Positions 24,308 through 37,653 of a stretch of 40,911 nucleotides of DNA are shown in pieces. Below the pieces are notes generated by a model. It did not search any database. It was not told where the DNA came from and saw nothing but the letters and a program-made list of their open reading frames with translations. This DNA is from an uncultured archaeon (GTDB taxonomy: Archaea > Altiarchaeota > Altiarchaeia > JAFGQM01): positions 1-40,911 of the forward strand of contig CAZUDQ010000012.1 in assembly GCA_964619365.1 (NCBI GenBank). Direction: 5' to 3'. Each line of letters begins with the position of its first letter. Position 1 is the stretch's first letter. The position numbers and the translations under genes were made by a program.

Positions 24308-25441
24308 CTATTTCTTCTCAAGGATCTCGATAAGCTTTATGTTAAGGTCGCGAAGCGTGTCAAGAAGCTGTTTGACATCAGCCATCTGCGATTCCATCTT
24401 ATCCATCCCCTCAGTCAGCCTGTCTGCTGTTTCCTTATCCAATTTTTCCTCCTCTTCAGGTGAAAGTTCTCCTGTTGTTGAGCGTGATATGGGTTCTTCT
24501 TTTGTTTCCTCTTTGGAATCCTCCTTTTCCACACCAAGGTCAGATTCGGGTTGTGAAGATATCTGCTGTTTTATTAATGCAAGGCGCTTTTTTACTGATT
24601 CATCTACTGCGCCATCTTTTTTCTTTTTCTCTTTTGCTTTTTTGTCTTTTGGCTCGTCTTTTTCTGGTTTTTCCTTGGACTTATTCTCTTTATGTAAGAA
24701 ACCAAAATGCCCTTCTTTTTTCTTTTTTTGCTCTTTTTTGATATTTTCTTCTTTCTTTTTGTCAATATCAGGGACTTCACCTTTTTCCTCGGGAATACTT
24801 TTTTCCGGCTCCGTATCCTTTTTGTCTTTTGGCTCGTCTTTTGGCTCGCTTAGTAAAGGCGGCATCTCAGCTTCGCCCTTGTCTGTATCGGACTCGACGG
24901 TTTCATCCGCTTTTACCTCAGAAAACGGGTCTGAAAGATTGTCTAATGAAAAATCAAAATCATCATTTTCTGAAAGCTCGTCAGACGAAGTTTTTTCATC
25001 TGGTTTTTTAAGGAGAATGTCTTCTGGGGCTTTTGGCCGCTCAGTTGCAACAGGCTCTTCAATAAGTTTGCCGTGAAAGTGGTGGGGTTTTGGTTTTTCT
25101 TCCCCCTCTTTTTTTTCCTTGTGTAAAAAGGAGAGAAATCCACCTTTTTTCTTTTCTTCTTTTGAAGTTTGTTCTGTCACTTTTTCTTCTTTTGCCGCTC
25201 CAGGAGACGCATCCTTTGTAACTGGCAAGGGAGTCTTTGGAAGAACTTCCTCCAATTCTTTTTGTTCTGTTGTAGACTGACTCGTGCTCGGTTCGCCACT
25301 TAGTTTCTTGGCTTTTTTGACAAGATGATGAATTTCCCGCCCAGATAATCCAAAATCAGCCAGCTGGAACTTAACTTCGTCATCACTCATTCCTTCTTCA
25401 TAAAGCTTTGCTACAAGTTCCTCGGGTGTGGAGTCAGCCAT
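24308..25441 (-). CDS. Lys/Glu-rich low-complexity protein with small N-terminal helical domain and C-terminal coiled coil (about 377 aa)
   Basis: Start re-placed at MADSTPEELV (25441) to avoid overlap with the divergent gene at 25506. Long K/E/D/P-rich linker and a heptad-like C-terminus (MDKMESQMADVKQLLDTLRDLNIKLIEILEKK). Confidence 0.8.
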   Translation of the reverse strand: MADSTPEELVAKLYEEGMSDDEVKFQLADFGLSGREIHHLVKKAKKLSGEPSTSQSTTEQKELEEVLPKTPLPVTKDASPGAAKEEKVTEQTSKEEKKKGGFLSFLHKEKKEGEEKPKPHHFHGKLIEEPVATERPKAPEDILLKKPDEKTSSDELSENDDFDFSLDNLSDPFSEVKADETVESDTDKGEAEMPPLLSEPKDEPKDKKDTEPEKSIPEEKGEVPDIDKKKEENIKKEQKKKKEGHFGFLHKENKSKEKPEKDEPKDKKAKEKKKKDGAVDESVKKRLALIKQQISSQPESDLGVEKEDSKEETKEEPISRSTTGELSPEEEEKLDKETADRLTEGMDKMESQMADVKQLLDTLRDLNIKLIEILEKK

Positions 25442-25505
25442 CTTTAATAGCGCATTCATATAATTATGCATTAACTTATTAAAATCAGCCGAGTGATAAA
25501 AAAGA

Positions 25506-27005
25506 ATGGCCCAGCGAAGCGTTTGGAATCTGCCTGGAGGTCCATGGGATCGCCTTTTTGCAGGCATCTGGAATGGATATAACGTCGCAGTTTACGAAAA
25601 CCCGAATAAAACCCTGTTAACCACCATATTCCCAAAAGTAGGAAGCGTTAACTGGATAATGATTAGGGTTGACCATATACTACTTGTACCTAAGGACTTT
25701 GAAAAAATAGAGTCGAAGCTTGCAGAAAGGAAAATGAATGTCCTTAAGCAAAGGGTTGCTGGTAAAGGGATGACTTATCTCATGCTGCTTTCAGATCCTG
25801 AAACTGTTGATTTTGGAAGCAAGGAGATAGGTGAAATCGTCTTTAACAAAGATATCGAATTAGAAAGGGAAGTTGACGAAATAAAGGCTATTGGAAGAAA
25901 GGCAAAAGTCGAAATATTAGAGCTTAAAGATGCATCCTACAAAGAAAGCGCCGGTATCCTTGGGAATCCAACGATGCTTCTTGGAATGCTCAGTGTCGCC
26001 CCGGGCGGTGACGCCCCAAAAAAGGAGATGCTTGGTGAGATTTCCCTAGGGAAAACTGATGACGGGATATTTTCTGTTTCCCCACAAATATTCTCTCAAT
26101 TCTGTGGGATAAAAGGCGGCAAGCGAGAAGAGCAGGCCGCAATGATGCAGCTTATCGCTGAAGAAGCAATTATTGATGCACCCCCAATCCCAATAATCTT
26201 TGATTTTGGGGACGTACCATTAAAACTTGACGTTGCAAATCCTTACCCATATGACTATTCCGAGTATGGACTTTCGAATCATCCGGGCAAATTCAAGATT
26301 AATCATTACGAGTTAACAGAGGACGCGTGTCCACTAAAAATAAACTTAAATACTGCCAGGCCAGAGCTTCTTGTGCGTATCTTTGGTCTTGGGAAAGACA
26401 ATTCCTCATTGCTTATATTAGAGTCAATAATGTCCCTTAAAAAAACAAAGCGGGAGATAAGTTTTGACTCAATTAAAACAGAGGCTGGCGAGCTTGCAAA
26501 AAGCATAGGCAAAGAAAACGCATTGCCTCGCGCCTGCGACCTGTTAAGGGCTCTTTCAATAAGTTATGATAAAATAATCTCGAACTCATCTGACGCAAAA
26601 TCCGAGATTGTTTCGTGGATTCATGATAATAAGACTGTGTATCTGGCAGCAAATACTCTTAATAATCAGGAAAGATTTGCTCTTTCATTATACCTTTTTG
26701 ATATAATAGAGTCTGAAAAGGGTGGGGGAAATCTTGATGAAATTGACATAAAACGAGCAGAAAATATATATCCACTCATACTTAACCTCTCCTGGATGGG
26801 CGATTGCGAGTTTGCAAACGAACTTATAAAATCAATAGTGCAGATGGGTAGGGGCGTCTTTGCAGATGTCAATAAAATCCCGATAAAATTAGAGAGCGTT
26901 GCACTTTCACGAATACAGGTTCTTGGACTAAAGAAGGCAAAGTATTTTGATTGTGGACGAGGGACTGAATTTGAGCCTAGACCATTACTCTCATGTCCGC
27001 CTTAA
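25506..27005 (+). CDS. Hypothetical protein, degenerate HerA/FtsK/VirB4-like P-loop fold
   Basis: The order ISLGK...CGIKGGKREEQ...LIAEEA...PIIFDFG matches the HerA/DUF87 layout, but GKS/T and the downstream DEAH are missing. ORF is secure; family call is by eye. Confidence 0.6.
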   Translation: MAQRSVWNLPGGPWDRLFAGIWNGYNVAVYENPNKTLLTTIFPKVGSVNWIMIRVDHILLVPKDFEKIESKLAERKMNVLKQRVAGKGMTYLMLLSDPETVDFGSKEIGEIVFNKDIELEREVDEIKAIGRKAKVEILELKDASYKESAGILGNPTMLLGMLSVAPGGDAPKKEMLGEISLGKTDDGIFSVSPQIFSQFCGIKGGKREEQAAMMQLIAEEAIIDAPPIPIIFDFGDVPLKLDVANPYPYDYSEYGLSNHPGKFKINHYELTEDACPLKINLNTARPELLVRIFGLGKDNSSLLILESIMSLKKTKREISFDSIKTEAGELAKSIGKENALPRACDLLRALSISYDKIISNSSDAKSEIVSWIHDNKTVYLAANTLNNQERFALSLYLFDIIESEKGGGNLDEIDIKRAENIYPLILNLSWMGDCEFANELIKSIVQMGRGVFADVNKIPIKLESVALSRIQVLGLKKAKYFDCGRGTEFEPRPLLSCPP

Positions 27006-27508
27006 ATCAAACAAATCTTTTCTTTAAATCCGTTTTTTTCTATGGCACCATAATCATGGCCTGATGCGGAATCATATATCGCAAGAAATTTCAGAGGCGT
27101 ATTTCCCGTGTTTACACTTCTGTGCGCCATTCCTTTTGGAACATACGTGAATTCTCCGGGGATAATATTGATTTTTTTGCATATTCCGTCGTGGGACTGT
27201 AGAACTATTGAGCCATTGCCTTCAAGACCCAAGTAGACTTCACCTACATCTGCCGTGTGGAAATGGCCTTTTGTCATAAAGAATTCTCCCCCAACAGAGC
27301 CGGAGTTTATTATCGTAACTGCATAAGACAAATCGCCTTTGCCAGAACCCTCTTTGGCAAATACCTCGTATACTACCGGGTTTTCATTTTCCGCAAGAAC
27401 CTTTGCGGCATCTTTGTCCATAAAAAAATTTAACATATCGGACACACGCCTTACTTGTTTAACATTCTCATCAAATGAAAGTTTAAGGCCTTTTATTTCG
27501 AGCTCCAT
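27002..27508 (-). CDS. pgiA: Cupin-type archaeal glucose-6-phosphate isomerase
   Basis: NPVVYEV, GEFFMTKGHFH, EVYLGLEG, AHRSVNTG, GHDYGAI. Confidence 0.92.
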   Translation of the reverse strand: MELEIKGLKLSFDENVKQVRRVSDMLNFFMDKDAAKVLAENENPVVYEVFAKEGSGKGDLSYAVTIINSGSVGGEFFMTKGHFHTADVGEVYLGLEGNGSIVLQSHDGICKKINIIPGEFTYVPKGMAHRSVNTGNTPLKFLAIYDSASGHDYGAIEKNGFKEKICLI

Positions 27509-27565
27509 TACTTTTATTTAGCTGACACTACATATAAAGGTATAAAATAAGGGAAAATTAGGGAG

Positions 27566-31384
<3,819 letters not shown>

Positions 31385-31388
<4 letters not shown>

Positions 31389-34300
31389 TTTTTCTTTTGA
31401 TCTTCGGTCAGTATCGCTGTCGAGACGCCTAGTGACTTTATCTCGTCTAAGAGGAGCTTAAAGGCGTGTGGTATTTCTGCAAGGACTGGGTTTATCTCGC
31501 CGCAGACAGGGCACTTGAATTTGCCTGTTGCACCGTCACGTAAGGCTTCTTCACCACAATCCGGGCAAAGGAGTATTTCGGATTTGTCCGATTCCTCAAC
31601 AAGTCTTTCACGTAATAGTAGCGAGGCTCCGTGACCAATAAGACAATCTCTTTCCATCTCACCAAAACGGAGACCGCCCTCGTTTGCGCGACCTTCTGTT
31701 GGCTGATGTGTAAGGAGAGTTACCGGACCCCTTGACCTTGCGTGCATCTTACTTGCCACCATGTGGTGGAGTTTCTGATAATAAATCGGAGTTATGTAGA
31801 TTTCGCAGTCAAGCTTTTTGCCTGTCTTTCCATCGTACATTACTTCTTTTCCACTTGAATCAAAGCCTGCCGCTTCAAGCGCTTGTCTTAATGGCAGTTC
31901 TTTTTCTCCTTTAAAGGGAGTTCCATCAATGCGCCTTCCTTCCATGGCACCGACTTTACCTCCTATCATCTCAAGAAGGTGACCTACTGTCATTCTGGAC
32001 GGGATTGCGTGAGGATTTAGGATAAGATCGGGAGCCACACCGTTTGCAGTAAATGGCATGTCTTCCTGACGAACTAGTAATCCAATAACTCCTTTCTGTC
32101 CGTGTCTTGAAGCGAATTTATCTCCAATTTCTGGATATCGTGGTTTCCTGACACGAATCTTGACAAGACGGTTGCCGTTATCAAGAACTGTCATTATAAC
32201 CTGATCTACGATTCCGGACTCTCTGGGGCGCACGCAAGTCGATGACTCACGACGCTTATCACCCATAAGGCCAAACTCGCCCATGTCCTCAAGGAAACGT
32301 GGGGGCGCAGTCTTTCCAACGAGTACGTCAGAAGGTCCAACAAAGGTCCCGGGGTCGATTGAACCAGTATCATCAAGGAGGCGATATGCATCAGGTCCTC
32401 TGTATCCTTCAGTTTCTTCTCCAGGAAGCTCAAAACGGTCTTTCTGACCACCGGGATATCTTTTCTCTTCAATCTCATAGGTTCTAAGGAATGTAGTTAC
32501 ACCAAGACCACGATCGATTGAGGAACGGTTAAAGATAACAGAGTCTTCCAAGTTGTAACCTTCATAGCTCATAACTGCGACAATGAAGTTCTGCCCGGAT
32601 GGGAGAGATTCATAGTCGGATATTCTGAAACCGTCTGTTGTCACCATGGGCTTTTGTGCATAGTACATGAGGTTTGCACGCGTATCATTTCTGCGCATGA
32701 AGTTTGTCACATAATATCCAAGCGACTGCTTGCTCATGGCAGCTCCCATTGTAATCCTCGGTGATGAATTGTACTCCGAGTATGGGATGATTGCCGCACC
32801 TATTCCAACAATTAAAGATGGATCAAGCTCGAGGTGAGTGTGCTCGTTTGTTATGTCCTCATAATTCATTGCAGTATATGCATTTTCTTCTTCAAGGGAA
32901 TCTACATATTCGACTTTACCGTCTTCAACGAGTTTTTTGATACCCAATTCGCCTTTTTTTATCTTATCAAGTTCTGCCTTTGAAAGAAGCGGCTTTCCTC
33001 CGACAAGTATTGCAAGTGGACGCTGAACGCGACCCTTGTCAGTAAATATCTGGATTTCCTTATTATCGTCAAATACTCCAATGTTGATATCTGTTGGAAT
33101 CTTGCCTTCGCGACGCATCTTTCTTATCTTGTTTGCGACCTTTTCAGGCTTGTCAACCATTCCAAGGACTTTTCCATTGGACTCGATTGCGTACTCTCCG
33201 TTTTCAGAGTCAAATTCAGTTAGAGCTTCTTCAACAACCTTCGCATCGCGCTCACGTGTAATCTTTGCTGAAAGTGCAAGGTTCTTTACTAAACCACAGT
33301 TCTGTCCTTCTGGAGTCTCACAAGGGCAGAAACGACCCCAATGCGTTCCGTGCAAGTCACGGGCTTCAAAGTGTGGGTGCGTCCTTGAAAGAGTCGATGT
33401 GACACGCCTAAGGTGTGCAAGGACTGAGATATAGTTTGTCCTGTCAAGAATCTGTGAGATACCGGTTCTTCCCCCTGGCCAGTTACCTGTCGCAAGAGAA
33501 TACATGACTCTCTTTGTGAATACCTCTGGACGAACTGCACGCCTAAGGTCGATTTTCTTCCTTCGTGCGTAGTTCTTCTCGGTCTGATATTTTATATCTT
33601 TACTGAGTGCTGAAAAAGCAGTCCTGAAAAGCTCTTCCATCATATCTCCAGCTATTTTCAGACGCTTGTTTGCATAGTGATCTTTGTCGTCAACATCACG
33701 TGTGCCGATATCGACTTCAATTGCACGCTTTGCCATTCTTGCAAGGAAGATTCCCTTCTTCCTCCTGTACTTTGCCTCATTTCCAACGTGGGGAAGGAGG
33801 AAAAGATCAAGAACCTGCTGAGCTCGTGCTACCTGAATCTCCTTTCTCTGTCCAATTGCAACACGTACACCAATAAACTTCAAAGCCTCTTCCTGGTCAG
33901 GAACTTTACAAAGCTCCATATTGACCTTCATCTCAGGCTTCTCATCATCTTCGAAAAGCCCCATGATATCCTCGTCAGTAAGTCCCAATGCACGAAGAAC
34001 AACAGAAAGTGAAAGCGTTCGTGGGAGCCCTGGGAATGAAACGTAAAGTGTCTCACCGGTTCTCATCTCCTTTCGTGTGACGGCAATCCTGCTTCTAAAG
34101 CCCTGTCTTGTTGAGAAAACTTTTACTGTGATGTTGTCTTTTCCTGCGACTTCGTCAAGAGAGGTTATAATCGTATTTGGCGCAAGGTCTTCAAGGATGA
34201 TAACGACACGCTCACGTCCGTTTATGATAAAGTATCCTCCAAAGTCCTTTGGGTCCTCTCCAATCTCGGCAAGCTCCTTGTCCTCCAGGCCTGAAAGCCA

Positions 34301-34639
34301 GCAGTAGTCGCTTTTTACCATGATTGGGAATTCTCCAATTACAGCATTTATCGGGGGTTTTTCTACGCCGTCTCTAACCTCGATTATCTCGAGAACAAGC
34401 TTACCTGCATAAGTCATGTTCCTTAGGCGGGCGTCTGATGGCGTTATCCTGTGTACTGTGGAGTCAATCTCTTTTGCGTCTGGGCGCTTTAGGGAGATTT
34501 TTCCGAACTTGATCTCAAGACCGGGGATTCTTGTCTCTATAATCCCCGTCTCGTCAACAATCTTTTGCATAACATTGTTCACAAAATCGTTGTATGAATT
34601 AAGCTGGTGCTTAATGAGGTCTTCTTTTTGTATCTGCAT
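31385..34639 (-). CDS. rpoB: DNA-directed RNA polymerase subunit B (unsplit Rpo2)
   Basis: GGYFIINGRER, ETPEGQNCGLVKN, GDKFASRHGQKG, YYQKLHHMV, GGLRFGEMERD, C-terminal CxxC..CxxC. Confidence 0.98.
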
Positions 34640-34656
34640 TTTAAGGATGGGAAAAT

Positions 34657-34887
34657 TTATTCGACAACAGCCCTGTAATACAAGGAATCGCCTGCCGTCT
34701 GGGACTTGCGCATTATCTTTACTACGTCTCCGACCTTTGCTCCTTCAGGGAGTGCCGGGTCGTCTTTTCTTATCTTTGGGAGCTTTGAGCGGTCTACGCC
34801 ATATTGCATAAGAACTTTTGTCGCCTCGCCCTCGTCAAGAATTTCATGTTTGGGTACCAAAAAATGGGATTGTATGTCTGACGTCAA
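34657..34887 (-). CDS. rpoH: DNA-directed RNA polymerase subunit H (Rpo5)
   Basis: HFLVPKHEIL, LPKIRKDDPA, GDVVKIMRKS.TAG..YYR; TTG start preceded by GAGGT. Confidence 0.97.
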   Translation of the reverse strand: MTSDIQSHFLVPKHEILDEGEATKVLMQYGVDRSKLPKIRKDDPALPEGAKVGDVVKIMRKSQTAGDSLYYRAVVE

Positions 34888-34987
34888 TTTAAACCTCGTT
34901 TCTCACGTATGGCTCACGTTACAAGTCAAACTGTGACATGATACATGGTGCCAAATAGGTGAAAACGCGCTAAATTAGAAGAATGCA

Positions 34988-34995
34988 TATAAAAA
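34988..34995 (-). promoter_or_regulatory. Putative TATA box (TTTTTATA) of the rpoH-B-A1-A2 operon
   Basis: TATA-like octamer about 100 bp upstream of rpoH, identical to the one upstream of nrdD. Confidence 0.5.
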
Positions 34996-35056
34996 GCTTT
35001 TGCCTTTTTTGGGCCAAAAATGCCGGTTTTATGCTTTATTTTGATATATATCGTTG

Positions 35057-35887
35057 ATGGTTCGTCCAAAAAAACCTAAGGTCGCAGTGGTTTTCCTTGC
35101 GAAAAATGAAAAACGCCATATAGGTAAAGCCATGGGGATAGTCTCAAGGTTTAAGGAGAGGGGAAAACTCCATCATATAATAGTAGTTGATGATGCCAGC
35201 CACGACGGGACTGGAAAGATTGCTAAGAGCCTAGGAGCTCATGTAGTCAGGCATGACCTTAACTATGGCCGGCGCGTGGGTTTTTTCAATGGAGTAAAAA
35301 AAGCGCACGAACTTGGAGCCGATGTAGTAGTGAAACTTGACGCTGACATACACGAATTTCCGGAAAGCACATATGATGCCATGGTAAAACACGTTTCTTC
35401 AGGAAAGTATAACATGGCAATACCTTCAACATTTGAAGGTAAAAATCCATTAGAGAACTCACAACATCAGGGACAATACGCAAAAATTGACGAACAGGAC
35501 TATATGGGACTCCGCGCTTTGCGTATGAAGACCTTAAACCCACTTATAACAGGCAACAAGAAGTGGAGGGCCATGTTTAGTTCAAAAGAGGGCTCTATCG
35601 CAGGGGGCATTGACGCCTCAACCGTGATAAGGGAAGAAGCTGCCAAATGGGGGCTTGACCCGGCACTTAACGAATTGATTCCAAAAGAAAAGACTATACT
35701 CCTACCTAATTGCATATTTGCTGATGAAGCCCTTAGAGAAAAGGACGGATATCCTGCGCCAGTAAAAAACGAGATTCAGGTGTATGGTGCATCGATACCA
35801 AAGGAGGTTAGTCGCAAAAGAAGTGAACGCGCGATGATGCTTCGTCCCGAACTGGTTAAGGCATTAAGGAAAAGACACAAAAAATAA
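35057..35887 (+). CDS. Glycosyltransferase family 2-like protein
   Basis: AKNE, IIVVDDASHDGT, NYGR and LDAD (DxD) GT-A motifs; C-terminal half not recognised. Confidence 0.85.
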   Translation: MVRPKKPKVAVVFLAKNEKRHIGKAMGIVSRFKERGKLHHIIVVDDASHDGTGKIAKSLGAHVVRHDLNYGRRVGFFNGVKKAHELGADVVVKLDADIHEFPESTYDAMVKHVSSGKYNMAIPSTFEGKNPLENSQHQGQYAKIDEQDYMGLRALRMKTLNPLITGNKKWRAMFSSKEGSIAGGIDASTVIREEAAKWGLDPALNELIPKEKTILLPNCIFADEALREKDGYPAPVKNEIQVYGASIPKEVSRKRSERAMMLRPELVKALRKRHKK

Positions 35888-35906
35888 ATTAAATGGCTGA
35901 AAGGGT

Positions 35907-36410
35907 TTATTCCTTCCACCCAGAGATTGTAGTCTCCTTTGTGACTTTTGTTGTCGGGTAGAGACGTTCTACAAGCTCGTCAGGCGTAAACCAAAGCTTT
36001 ATCTCACGCTCGGCGTCTGTTGCATCAGCACTTGCGTGAACAACGTTCTCAAAGACGCCTGAGGTCGTTATCCTGCCATATTTACCGCGGATTGAGATAG
36101 GGTCTGCAATCTCAGGGTTTGTCGCCCCTGCAAGGCGCCTGATTTTCTCAATAGCGTTATCTCCCTGATAAACAAGAGCCATAACACGGCGCGTGTGATA
36201 ATGACCGAGTATGTATTTCATAAGATCCTCAAAGAACTTTTCGTCCTTTAGATGACGATAATGACACTCGGCAAGCTCACGCTTGACTGAAACCATCTTC
36301 GCACCAACTATCTTAAGCTCAGTTTCTGAGAGCTTTGATATAATATTTCCTGTTAACGACTTCACAAGCCCGTCGGGCTTAATAAGTACTAGTGTCTGTT
36401 CTTCTACCAT
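35907..36410 (-). CDS. ndk: Nucleoside diphosphate kinase
   Basis: EQTLVLIKPDG, GATNP, SIRG, ENVVHAS (catalytic His), EIKLWF. Confidence 0.96.
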   Translation of the reverse strand: MVEEQTLVLIKPDGLVKSLTGNIISKLSETELKIVGAKMVSVKRELAECHYRHLKDEKFFEDLMKYILGHYHTRRVMALVYQGDNAIEKIRRLAGATNPEIADPISIRGKYGRITTSGVFENVVHASADATDAEREIKLWFTPDELVERLYPTTKVTKETTISGWKE

Positions 36411-36451
36411 TTTAGTTCAAGTGAATTTTTACGAAAAGATAATAAAAGGCT

Positions 36452-37270
36452 TTAGTAATCGTCCCCCCAATAGTCCTCCGAATAATCCTCCCAATGATCT
36501 TTCAACGCAGTTTTTAGAAACTCGATTTCTTCGGCGCTAAGGTAAGGTTCAAGTATGCTAAGGTCTTCATAATCCTCCTTCATTTCGAATTCAAATCCGA
36601 TTTCGTCAGGTAATGACTCAAGTTTCTCGACAATTGCCTCAAGTTCGTCTAATTCGGACATGTCTGGCCCCTCACTTGTCACAAGATTTGCTCCTGCCGG
36701 AAGAACGAATGCCTCATTTTTTATTTCTGAAACGTATTTACACGCTATATCTATTCCACCATAATCTACAAGCTCAACGTAACCTTCATAAAATCTGACC
36801 GGGTCAAGAAGTCCCAGATACGCAGTATCTTCTGTAAAATCCCCCCAAGTTCCTTCAAACGCGTCGTATGCATATTCATGAGTGCCATTAAAAATCACTA
36901 TTGCATTTTCTGTGTCCCTGTTATACGAAGCATATTTGCCGTCATCAAAAAAGACGTCAAAATTCCTGGGCATGCCGTCGACAATTCCGTTTAACTGGCA
37001 GACGACAGGATACCCTTGGGCTATAGCGTCTTTAACAGACATATCTGCAGGCGCTTTTCGGGAGCCACCTGAGAGCAATACTGCTGTGATTACGATTATA
37101 ATTATTGCGATTACTGCTATAATCAAAAATAACATGTTTTTAGGTATGCCCTGACTCTTTGTTTTGTGAGTCGTTACCTTTGTTACTGTAGCTATTGTCG
37201 TGTTGGTACCGCAATTCGGACAGAATTTTGTCCCTTCTGGAACACTAGTTCCGCATTTTGTACAATTCAT
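36452..37270 (-). CDS. Zinc-ribbon single-pass membrane protein
   Basis: CTKCG...FCPNCG, one TM (LFLIIAVIAIIIIVITAVLL), acidic C-terminal domain; start overlaps the upstream stop. Confidence 0.85.
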   Translation of the reverse strand: MNCTKCGTSVPEGTKFCPNCGTNTTIATVTKVTTHKTKSQGIPKNMLFLIIAVIAIIIIVITAVLLSGGSRKAPADMSVKDAIAQGYPVVCQLNGIVDGMPRNFDVFFDDGKYASYNRDTENAIVIFNGTHEYAYDAFEGTWGDFTEDTAYLGLLDPVRFYEGYVELVDYGGIDIACKYVSEIKNEAFVLPAGANLVTSEGPDMSELDELEAIVEKLESLPDEIGFEFEMKEDYEDLSILEPYLSAEEIEFLKTALKDHWEDYSEDYWGDDY

Positions 37271-37653
37271 TTTATTATCTTTACAATGTCGCCGTCTATC
37301 TCGACAATGTCGCCTGTCTTTATTTGCGAGATGTCTATGGCATTTACCATCGGGACTTCAGAGATTATGGCGCCGACTGCAACTATTGCCTCGCAGTCCT
37401 CATTTATCATCCCCGCCGGGGCAACCCCACCCATCTTGGCGCGATAAATCCCGTATGAGCCTACAGTGGAGCCCTTGCCGCTTGGGAAAACAAGAATCTT
37501 TCCTGCAAAAGACTGACCGTCTAAATCATGACCCTTCTCAGAAATAGTACCTGCCTCGGGGTCAATACCACCGTAAAAGGCTATTTGGTCGCCAGTTACA
37601 AGCGCCTCCCCGCGCACCTTTCCTGAATAAACTACCTTTCCTTTTAGTTCCAT
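37267..37653 (-). CDS. Aconitase X swivel subunit (DUF126; phosphomevalonate dehydratase small subunit type)
   Basis: GEALVT, FYGGIDP..G, GKILVFPSGKGSTVGSY, IVAVGAII. Start at MELKG (37653). Confidence 0.92.
   Translation of the reverse strand: MELKGKVVYSGKVRGEALVTGDQIAFYGGIDPEAGTISEKGHDLDGQSFAGKILVFPSGKGSTVGSYGIYRAKMGGVAPAGMINEDCEAIVAVGAIISEVPMVNAIDISQIKTGDIVEIDGDIVKIIK

Noticed and set aside
24285-25076. 263-aa Ser/Phe-rich plus-strand ORF
   Set aside because: Antisense shadow of the Lys/Glu-rich gene; complements of GAA/AAA codons give Phe/Ser runs with few stops.
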